Shown here piece by piece: positions 9,426 to 16,647 of a stretch of 23,056 nt of DNA. Numbering within the stretch: position 1 is the first letter of the stretch; every line of letters begins with the position of its first letter. Position numbers and translations under genes: made by a program. The stretch is taken from assembly GCA_045805065.1 (NCBI GenBank), contig JBJMMA010000170.1, forward strand, positions 1-23,056, given 5' to 3'. Below the pieces are notes generated by a model. That model was not told the origin of the DNA and searched no databases. It was given only the letters and a program-made list of their open reading frames with translations. Origin of the DNA: Bdellovibrionia bacterium (GTDB taxonomy: Bacteria; Bdellovibrionota; UBA1018).

Positions 9426-9683
9426 TTAAGCAGCCGGATAAACCGAGACTGCTTTACGCTTACGATCGTGGCGTTCGAAAGTCACAACGCCTGGGATGAG
9501 AGCGTACAAAGTGAAGTCACGGCCAACGCCGACGTTACGACCTGGGTGAAACTGGGTGCCGACTTGGCGGACGAGGATTTCACCTGCGCCGACCACTTGG
9601 CCACCGTAACGCTTCACGCCGCGCATCTTTGGATTAGAGTCGCGACCGTTTTTAGAACTACCACCCGCTTTTTTATGTGCCAT
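9426..9683 (-). CDS. rpmA: 50S ribosomal protein L27
   Basis: [16 protein letters not shown]...RGVK...G.ILVRQ.GT.FHPG.NVG.GRD.TL.AL. Confidence 0.98.
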   Translation of the reverse strand: MAHKKAGGSSKNGRDSNPKMRGVKRYGGQVVGAGEILVRQVGTQFHPGRNVGVGRDFTLYALIPGVVTFERHDRKRKAVSVYPAA

Positions 9684-9757
9684 TGTGTAAAACCTCTTAT
9701 CTACTCACTTCTTAGACTGTGCGACAGCCCTGAAAAAGTGAGGATGTGGATTAAAAA

Positions 9758-10330
9758 TTACTCAGCCTTTGCCTTCTTAGAGGTCGAGGCTTTCTTGGTG
9801 CCTGCTGCCTTAGCGGTCTTAGCCTTAGCTGGAGCTGCTGCTTCAGTCTTTGCTCCACCCGCTGCGCGAGCAGCTTTCATGCGCTTGCGAGAGCCGAGGG
9901 TCTTAGGCGTGAATGCCTCGCCCTTTGCCTTCAAGTGCGATTGGAACTTAGAAAGTGTAGCTTTCTTAGCTGCATCGTCAAGAGCTGCCTTTTCGCCTGC
10001 GCCGTTGTCCACAGCAGTCACGAGGAGCTGCGTGTAATATTGGCGATGACCTTGCGTACGGCGATATTGCTTACGGCGCTTCATCTTGATGATGAGGATT
10101 TTGTCGCCGCGGCCTTGGCCGACGATTTCGGCTTGAACGGAAGCGCCACTGAGAAGGGGCTTACCGAGCCAAACTTGTGAGCTGTCGCCGTTTGGCTTGC
10201 TCACGAAAAGGACGCGATCAAGCTTCAAAGCCGATCCAACGTCACCTTCAAGCTTCTCGACCTGGACGATGTCGCCTGGCGAGACGCGATATTGTTTACC
10301 ACCTGTTTCCATCACTGCGTAGATTGACAT
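9758..10330 (-). CDS. rplU: 50S ribosomal protein L21 with a long basic C-terminal extension
   Basis: YAVMETGGKQYRV.PGD...VEKL and KRRKQYRRTQGHRQ.YT; about 80 extra Lys/Ala-rich residues follow. Start placed at ATG 10330. Confidence 0.96.
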   Translation of the reverse strand: MSIYAVMETGGKQYRVSPGDIVQVEKLEGDVGSALKLDRVLFVSKPNGDSSQVWLGKPLLSGASVQAEIVGQGRGDKILIIKMKRRKQYRRTQGHRQYYTQLLVTAVDNGAGEKAALDDAAKKATLSKFQSHLKAKGEAFTPKTLGSRKRMKAARAAGGAKTEAAAPAKAKTAKAAGTKKASTSKKAKAE

Positions 10331-10339
10331 AGACGCAGC

Positions 10340-10368
10340 AAATTGCCCCAAGAGGATAGAGCTGTCAA
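10340..10368 (-). promoter_or_regulatory. Candidate sigma70 promoter for rplU
   Basis: TTGACA-N17-CAATTT on the minus strand: perfect -35, weak -10, ending 9 nt before the ATG. Confidence 0.35.
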
Positions 10369-10385
10369 GGCTCTTTAGCTGGCAT

Positions 10386-11780
10386 TTATCGATTTGGTCG
10401 GCTGTTTTTTTTGGCGCCCTTGCCGGTGCTCTTGCTCGTGCTTTGGGCGATGTACTTCTGGGCCTCTATAATCCGTTTGAGCAGGCGCCCTTCAGGAATA
10501 TTTGTGACCTTTCCGTCTTTAAAAACAAGGTTTCCATCGACCATCGTCCATTGAACCTCGGATGGCATGGTCGAATAGACCACAGAGGACGCAATGGCTT
10601 CAGGATTGGTTTCCTGGCCTGCTGGAATCGTATTACGGATGGTTTGGAGGTTCAGGGCGACCAAATCGGCCTTTTTGCCCACCTCAATGGATCCAATATC
10701 GTCCTGCCAGCCGAGCGCTTTGGCACCACCTAAGGTCGCCATATCGAGGACTTCCTGAGCGCGCATCGCCATAGGGCCGGTACCTGGCTTATGGATCAGG
10801 GCAGCCATGCGCATCTCCTGGAAAATATTGAGAGTATTGTTACAAGGCGCCCCGTCCGCACCCAGGGCAACGTTGATTCCGCGCTTTAAAAGGTCTGGGA
10901 CATGCGCAAAGCCTGAAGCCAGCTTCATATTGGAGCAGGGGCAATGAACAACGTGCGTGCCGGTCGTCTCGAGGATCTTCTTTTCATTGGGCTTAAGCCA
11001 GATGCAGTGGGCGAGAACGAGGCGATTGGAAGTCATTCCCAGCTGATGCAAGTACTCGACGTTCTCACATTGAACGAGCTTTTTGACCATCTCGATCTCT
11101 TTGAGATTCTCGCTCGCATGCGTGTGAATGACGGCGTTTTGCTCTCGAGCAAGGCGCGCCACTTCTGTCAGCAATTTTTCCGTGCAAGAAATCACGAAAC
11201 GAGGAGCGTAGGAGACGCGAATCCGGTCATTCTCGCGGCCATTCCATTTTTCGAAAAGCATGCGTGCTTCGGCAATCGCATCGCGAGTCGGCTCACGAAG
11301 ACCTTCCGGAGTCGTCTCTGGATGATCCATCAGGCATTTGCCAACGCTTGCACGAATTCCGCTTTCACGAACGGCTTCAAAAATGCTCTCCGTGTGACGA
11401 ACGGTTCCCATGTCGAGAATGCAGGTCGTTCCGGAGGAGAGAAGCTCATGAATTCCCATCATGGCACTCGTATAGAGCGTTTCTTCAGTATGAGCTGCCT
11501 CGTAAACCCAGATGCGCTTGGAGAGCCAATCGAGGAGCTCCATATCGTCAGCCTGGTTACGGAAAAGGGTCTGGCAGAGGTGAATATGCGCCTGCACAAA
11601 ACCTGGCAAAATCGTGAGGCCCTTGGCATCGAGGATCGTGACGCCTTTTTTCTTCTTATTGGGGGCCTTCGTGGTGATTGCAGCAATGCGACCGTCCACG
11701 ATCTGGAGGTTCGCGCGCAGAGCGCGGCGGTTTTTGTCCTGAGTGAAGAGTACCCCGTTGATAATCCAAGTTTCGGCCAT
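10386..11780 (-). CDS. Metal-dependent amidohydrolase, MTA/SAH/5'-deoxyadenosine deaminase-like
   Basis: PGFVQAHIHLCQTLFR (HxH), HTHASE, LAHCIW, HCPCSNMKLASG, GADGAPCNN, GSIEVGKKADL; substrate not determinable. Confidence 0.85.
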   Translation of the reverse strand: MAETWIINGVLFTQDKNRRALRANLQIVDGRIAAITTKAPNKKKKGVTILDAKGLTILPGFVQAHIHLCQTLFRNQADDMELLDWLSKRIWVYEAAHTEETLYTSAMMGIHELLSSGTTCILDMGTVRHTESIFEAVRESGIRASVGKCLMDHPETTPEGLREPTRDAIAEARMLFEKWNGRENDRIRVSYAPRFVISCTEKLLTEVARLAREQNAVIHTHASENLKEIEMVKKLVQCENVEYLHQLGMTSNRLVLAHCIWLKPNEKKILETTGTHVVHCPCSNMKLASGFAHVPDLLKRGINVALGADGAPCNNTLNIFQEMRMAALIHKPGTGPMAMRAQEVLDMATLGGAKALGWQDDIGSIEVGKKADLVALNLQTIRNTIPAGQETNPEAIASSVVYSTMPSEVQWTMVDGNLVFKDGKVTNIPEGRLLKRIIEAQKYIAQSTSKSTGKGAKKNSRPNR

Positions 11781-11872
11781 AGAGAGTAAGGATTACTCTA
11801 AGGTGGGCTTTTGCTCAAGCTAGCAAAATTGAAAGGTCCGCCGTACCTTCTAAAGTACGGGGCATCTTCTAT

Positions 11873-12523
11873 ATGGAATATCCAAAAATTGGGCGTGTTA
11901 CGAGCGAGTCAGTTCATAAGGGTACGGGTAAAACCTGGGATCAATGGGTTTTGATTCTGGAGAAGGCCGGTGCTCGCACTTGGACTCATCAGGAAATCGT
12001 CGCGTTCTTGAAGAAAAAGCACAAACTCGGGCCCTGGTGGCAGCAGGGCGTGGCCATGGGTTTTGAGATCGCGACGGGCCGCCGAGTCGAGGGCCAGAAC
12101 GCAAAAGGCGAGTATGGCCTGACCGTGACGAAATCCATTCGCCTGGATGTTAAAAAGGTTTTGAAATTTTTCATGAGCGAAGAGGGAATTGCGATCTGGC
12201 TTCAGCCTTTGTTTGAAATCGCAATCAAGCCCAAGTGCATGTTTGAAACGCAGGATGGGTATTTTGGCGAGATCCGGACCGTCATGAAGCCTGTTCAGGA
12301 TCCTTCCGCGAAATCGGCGAAAGTCGAGCGCCGGATCCGCATGAGCTGGCAGGATCCCAATTGGGATTACAGCACCTCGGTCGAAGTGATGTTTGTAGCG
12401 CGCGCCAATGGAAGCTCAATTGTGGCTTTCAATCACGGCAAGATTAAAGACACCAGAGTCCAGGCCAAGCTTCGCGCGCGCTGGCGAAAAGCGCTCGATG
12501 AGTTAGCTGAAAAATGCTCTTAA
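11873..12523 (+). CDS. Hypothetical protein, DUF4287-like N-terminus plus SRPBCC/START-like C-terminus
   Basis: TGKTWDQW...H.EIVAFL...H.LG.WW N-terminal pattern; C-terminal RIRMSW...SIVAFNH...RARWRKAL resembles AHSA1/SRPBCC. Candidate TTGAAA-N16-TAAAGT promoter upstream. Confidence 0.65.
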   Translation: MEYPKIGRVTSESVHKGTGKTWDQWVLILEKAGARTWTHQEIVAFLKKKHKLGPWWQQGVAMGFEIATGRRVEGQNAKGEYGLTVTKSIRLDVKKVLKFFMSEEGIAIWLQPLFEIAIKPKCMFETQDGYFGEIRTVMKPVQDPSAKSAKVERRIRMSWQDPNWDYSTSVEVMFVARANGSSIVAFNHGKIKDTRVQAKLRARWRKALDELAEKCS

Positions 12524-12557
12524 AAAGCTAACGGGACATCAGCCATGACGCGAACCT

Positions 12558-12588
12558 TAACCAAAAGGTGTCGGATACCTTTTGGTTA
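12558..12588. repeat. REP-like palindrome, possibly a bidirectional terminator, between convergent genes
   Basis: TAACCAAAAGGTGTCGGATACCTTTTGGTTA has 12 perfect pairs and shares AACCAAAAGGTG with the 3345/3586 repeats; its last 3 bases are the stop codon of the 12586 gene. Confidence 0.75.
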
Positions 12589-13995
12589 GTTTGAAGAGAT
12601 GGCGCCGATATCGAGGCCACTCGTATTGTTGCGTGACTTGGCGCTTTGCTGATGAACGTACTCATTTACAGGCAGGAGCGAATAGTTATTCACAATGCCT
12701 GGGTCTGCCGCCGTGTGAATCAGAGGCGAGCCTGCCAAAGGCTTCAGATTGAAGTTGGCCTTATCCGTAAACATCGGGCTATTGCCCACGTAATTTGAGG
12801 CCTGAGAAGCCAGGTTTGCCATGTTGTTGATGAGAGTGCCGCCGCCCACGATGGCGTTGTTCTTGATGACGGCCGTGCCTCCGTTTGCGACTTGCACAAT
12901 GTTGCCACTTCCTCGGTCGTTCAAAATCGTGTTGTTCACGACGTACAGGTGAGTGTCATGGCCAGCGGTGTAGCCTTCAGAGCCAAAGTCGATGATCCCA
13001 GAATTACCCGTGTTGGAAGTCTGCTGGATAATGTTGCCGATAACGTAAGACTCGCCAGCGTTTGGAAGGTTGATCTCGTAGCTATCGAATCCAGCTTCAC
13101 CGGTCAGGCGGTTATTGTAGATGTAGTTGTGCTGGGCGCGCGATTTGAGCAGATGCCCGTCATGGCGCGTATTGGTCGAGTAGTTGTAACGGAAGGTGAG
13201 GTTTGCGACTTCACCAATGTAGAGGTTATGGGAATAGCTATCGCTGCTGTTCTGAGAAAAGTAGGAGTTCTCGATCAGAAACGAGCTTGCCGTGTTGACG
13301 CCGGCCAGAATTCCATCATCGTTCAGGGTGAATGAGCAGTTACGAATGGTGATGTTCGTGCCTTCCATGCGAATGCCTGCGCCGTTCATGTCCGCGCTAC
13401 AGCTTGAGTTGGCAACCCATGGATCGCCCGGATTAAGGGTGGCACCGGTAAAAGCGATGTTCTCAATGACGGTATCGTTTCCGCTGACGACAAAAATTCC
13501 TTTGCAGCCAGCAGGGCGCACGGTGTGCGAATCCATAATGACAGTCGGGCTTCCAGTCGTGGCAGGGCCGCGAATCGTCAGTCCGTTTTTACTGATGTAG
13601 CAGGTCTCCACGTAAGTGCCCGCATCGATTTGAATCGTGTCGTTATTGGCTGCCGCAGCAATGGCTGCGCAAGGACTTGCGTACATTTTGCCCGAGCCCA
13701 CGGTGAGAACGTGGCCCGATGGAGTAGGTGCAACGGGAAGGTCTGGGAAGCTGTAAGAGGAGAGAGTCGTGCCGCCACCTCCGCCTCCACCGCCTGAACC
13801 TGAGCCTCCGCCACCGCCATTTCCTGAACCCGATCCATTACCGGATCCAGTGCCTGGATCTGAAGGTGAGCCCGATGGGCTTGTCTGGCTGAGCTTAATC
13901 GAGGTGGAAGGTTGCACCAGCTCGCAGGCGCTCAGGCTGACCATTGCAAAAATGGCAGCAAAGGATGCTGTTGAAACGGATTTGAGTTTCCCCAT
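12586..13995 (-). CDS. Lipoprotein with Gly/Ser linker and right-handed parallel beta-helix (pectin-lyase-like) domain
   Basis: Signal peptide ending in an LSAC lipobox, poly-G/S linker, Asn-ladder repeats (IENIAF, IRNCSF, IENSYF, IYNNRL, VIGNII, VVNNTI) and a C-terminal DIGA motif. Confidence 0.8.
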   Translation of the reverse strand: MGKLKSVSTASFAAIFAMVSLSACELVQPSTSIKLSQTSPSGSPSDPGTGSGNGSGSGNGGGGGSGSGGGGGGGGTTLSSYSFPDLPVAPTPSGHVLTVGSGKMYASPCAAIAAAANNDTIQIDAGTYVETCYISKNGLTIRGPATTGSPTVIMDSHTVRPAGCKGIFVVSGNDTVIENIAFTGATLNPGDPWVANSSCSADMNGAGIRMEGTNITIRNCSFTLNDDGILAGVNTASSFLIENSYFSQNSSDSYSHNLYIGEVANLTFRYNYSTNTRHDGHLLKSRAQHNYIYNNRLTGEAGFDSYEINLPNAGESYVIGNIIQQTSNTGNSGIIDFGSEGYTAGHDTHLYVVNNTILNDRGSGNIVQVANGGTAVIKNNAIVGGGTLINNMANLASQASNYVGNSPMFTDKANFNLKPLAGSPLIHTAADPGIVNNYSLLPVNEYVHQQSAKSRNNTSGLDIGAISSN

Positions 13996-14119
13996 CTTTT
14001 CATTGTTACAAAAAATTTAAAATCTTCCAATGTGTCGTCGCAGACACGGTTTCTTGCCACAAATTTAGGGCAGCGCGAACCAAATGAATCAAGTTTACGG
14101 GCGAACCGACCAGAAGTTG

Positions 14120-14184
14120 CTCCGAACATCTCCGAACGCATTGTTCGGAGGAAGATTGACGAAATGGGGACACCTTTATAAGTC
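14120..14184 (+). promoter_or_regulatory. Candidate operator and promoter for the TIGR02147 operon
   Basis: CTCCGAAC-N5-GTTCGGAG palindrome at 14130-14150 plus an extra CTCCGAAC at 14120, just upstream of TTGACG (14156) and TATAAGTC (14177-14184). Confidence 0.4.
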
Positions 14185-14191
14185 CTTGGAT

Positions 14192-15022
14192 ATGCAAAAC
14201 CCTTGGCAACAAGCATTTCCAAAGGATCACCGCGAGCTTCTCAGAGCTGAGTTCGCGCGTCGGTGTGCCCGGAATGGTCGATACTCGATCCGCTCTTATG
14301 CACGCGACCTGGGAATTGCTCCATCGACGCTGACCGAGGTGATGAACGGGCGCTATGGTCTTTCACGTGCCAAAGCTCTTAAAGTGGGTGAGCGCTTAAG
14401 ACTGGATCGCGAGGCTTGCGAGCATTTTGCGGATCTTTTTGAATCCAAGTTTCATCGAAGCGAGACCCGCCGTAAGGCTGCAGTCCTCAGAGTTCGGCAA
14501 AAGAGCCGTCCAGCGACAACGATGAGCCTTGATACTTTCCAGGTGATTGCCGAATGGTATCACTTCGCGCTTTTGGAGCTGGTTTGTCTCATGCCGGAGG
14601 CTACCCCTCGAGAACTGGGCCGAAGGCTTGGGCTTCGATCCAATGTCATTGAGGATGCGATCCAGCGATTGATCCGAGTGGGGCTTTTGAAGCAAGAGAA
14701 TGACAGGCTGATTCCTTCGGATAACTTCACAGCCGTTGGAAATGAGACGCCATCCGCAGCGCTCGTCAAATATCATCAAGGACTGCTCAATAAGGCGCTC
14801 GTGGCGCTTGAGACTCAGCCCGTTGAGCGCCGCAATTTCTCAAACACGATTTTTACGATGGATCGCTCCAGGCTTGAAGAAGCCAAGCGCGACCTCAAAC
14901 GCATGCGACTTGAGTTTGCCGAAAAATACGGACCCGGATCCACGACGCCAGGAAATGACGTCGTATGTCTCGGGATGCAGCTTTTCAGTGTGTTGGAAGA
15001 AAATGGGGGAGAGAACCTATGA
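14192..15022 (+). CDS. TIGR02147/DUF4423-family HTH protein (putative regulator)
   Basis: RN.RYSIRSYARDLGIAPSTLTEVMNGRYGLS XRE-like HTH, F.VIAEWYHFALLEL, second wHTH-like AIQRLIRVGLL, YHQ.LL.KA..ALE, C-terminal MQLFS. Family recognised from motifs; start placed at ATG 14192. Confidence 0.85.
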   Translation: MQNPWQQAFPKDHRELLRAEFARRCARNGRYSIRSYARDLGIAPSTLTEVMNGRYGLSRAKALKVGERLRLDREACEHFADLFESKFHRSETRRKAAVLRVRQKSRPATTMSLDTFQVIAEWYHFALLELVCLMPEATPRELGRRLGLRSNVIEDAIQRLIRVGLLKQENDRLIPSDNFTAVGNETPSAALVKYHQGLLNKALVALETQPVERRNFSNTIFTMDRSRLEEAKRDLKRMRLEFAEKYGPGSTTPGNDVVCLGMQLFSVLEENGGENL

Positions 15023-16647
15023 GATTTCTTGTTTTAGCAGGATGTCTTTTGATTGCAGGAATGACCCATGCAGGCTCGGGCGGGATTCGCGATGGCGGCA
15101 ACGGGGGCGATGCGGTTGTTTGTCGCAATTCGTCCGGGGCGATTCAAAAAATCGAAATGCTCGATGTTCTTGAGGCACGCACACTTTATGGTTTGAGCCC
15201 AAAGCTTGGAGCAAGCAATCTGAGCATTGAGCAAAAGCTTGAGACCGTTTTTCAGCAGATTGAGCGCCTCAATCCAACTCGTGCCAAGCGTTATCGAGAA
15301 GCTATTCAGGGCTGGGCTTTGAATAAAATTGAATGGACCCAAGATGAGCTCAAGGACATCCCCGATTCGGATCACAATCTGATCCCTGTGGGCTGCAAGA
15401 TTGAGCAGATCGCAATTCGCCAAGACCCTGACTATGATTATTACCATCGCGGGCTCGTGCTCACGGTTCAGCAAAACCTTTGGCGAGCGATGGATTTAGA
15501 TAATCAAGCAGCGCTCATTCTTCACGAGCTTTTCTACTGGGACACGCAGCATCTCACTTTCATCACTAACTCCAGGCCTGCGCGCTATCTCAATGCCCTG
15601 GCTTTTTCAGGCCAGCTTGCCGCATTGGATTCGGCCGCTTTCTTCAAGCTTGCTAAAGAGTACTTGCCGGACGTGGATTACGCTGGATGGGTCATCGACC
15701 CGCGATCGCTTGAGCTTTATCCCGATGGAAAGATGAAAAAAGCCACTGACGGTGGCTATAATCACAAGCTCGCAGACATCGTGATTCAAGGCCAAACCAT
15801 CTCGGCCGAGCGAGTAGTCGAATTCAGACCGGATGGGCATGTCTCTCATACGATGATCAGTGACCCAAAGACGCTGATGACTCGTTATGGGAAGGCGAAA
15901 ATCTCAGGCGAGTTAGACTTTGACTCAAACGATGTTGTGGTTAATTTTGATCAGCTCGAAGAAACGACTCCGCTTGTGATTGGAGACGCACATTTCAGTT
16001 GTGATCGTGGTGAAGTCAAAACTTGGGATGGTTTGGAACTTCGATGCCTGGTGACTGCTCAATCTGAAGTTTTGAGCCCTCGCATGAAGCTCAAGGTCGT
16101 CAAAGGCGGCAAGGCTGTTTTTGATAAGTACGGCTTGAAAGACATTTATCCTAAAACCGAATTTACAGGTCAGCTCACTTCATCTCAGGGGCAGTTTCGT
16201 TTCAAGCGCCTTTACAACAAGGGGCATTATGAATGGAAAGACTGCTACGACGCTACTTGCGCGGGGGAGTTAGATGGACCTCATCAAGTGGTCGTTGACG
16301 GGACTCGCATCTCCATTGCAGGAAGGGTGGAATTTGCCAATTTCGAGAGACTGCTTTATTTAGAGCCTCAGGAAGATTTCATCTTTCACGGCATACCCGT
16401 CGCATCTCGCGTAAAATGCGGATTCGTTGGAAGCAAGGTTGTTCCGACGGTCTTTTTCATCGGGCAGCCAGCTCAGATGGTTCTTTCAGAGAGAATGAGC
16501 TGGACAGTTCCTTTCGAGAAAAAGACCGTGTCGGCAGACGCTGGCGACATGGTGACCTTTTATTACGGGTACAGCAACACACCTTACGAAAAAGAAACGA
16601 AGCACTGGTGCGACGTTTATAAAAAATATTTTCCGGAGGCCCCATGA
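15019..16647 (+). CDS. Secreted hypothetical protein (GGNGGD N-terminus, HExxY motif, beta-repeat C-terminus)
   Basis: Signal peptide MRFLVLAGCLLIAGMTHA; GGNGGDAVVC; AALILHELFY; ATGA overlap with the upstream stop; GGGGGAG RBS. Confidence 0.8.
   Translation: MRFLVLAGCLLIAGMTHAGSGGIRDGGNGGDAVVCRNSSGAIQKIEMLDVLEARTLYGLSPKLGASNLSIEQKLETVFQQIERLNPTRAKRYREAIQGWALNKIEWTQDELKDIPDSDHNLIPVGCKIEQIAIRQDPDYDYYHRGLVLTVQQNLWRAMDLDNQAALILHELFYWDTQHLTFITNSRPARYLNALAFSGQLAALDSAAFFKLAKEYLPDVDYAGWVIDPRSLELYPDGKMKKATDGGYNHKLADIVIQGQTISAERVVEFRPDGHVSHTMISDPKTLMTRYGKAKISGELDFDSNDVVVNFDQLEETTPLVIGDAHFSCDRGEVKTWDGLELRCLVTAQSEVLSPRMKLKVVKGGKAVFDKYGLKDIYPKTEFTGQLTSSQGQFRFKRLYNKGHYEWKDCYDATCAGELDGPHQVVVDGTRISIAGRVEFANFERLLYLEPQEDFIFHGIPVASRVKCGFVGSKVVPTVFFIGQPAQMVLSERMSWTVPFEKKTVSADAGDMVTFYYGYSNTPYEKETKHWCDVYKKYFPEAP

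Noticed and set aside
13769..14020. Poly-proline ORF on +
   Set aside because: Antisense reading of the poly-Gly linker codons of the lipoprotein.
14084..14191. Longer N-termini in the ORF track (TIGR02147 from 14084; also 481, 6254, 10351, 14965)
   Set aside because: Downstream ATGs fit family N-termini, signal peptides, RBS positions or stop/start overlaps better.
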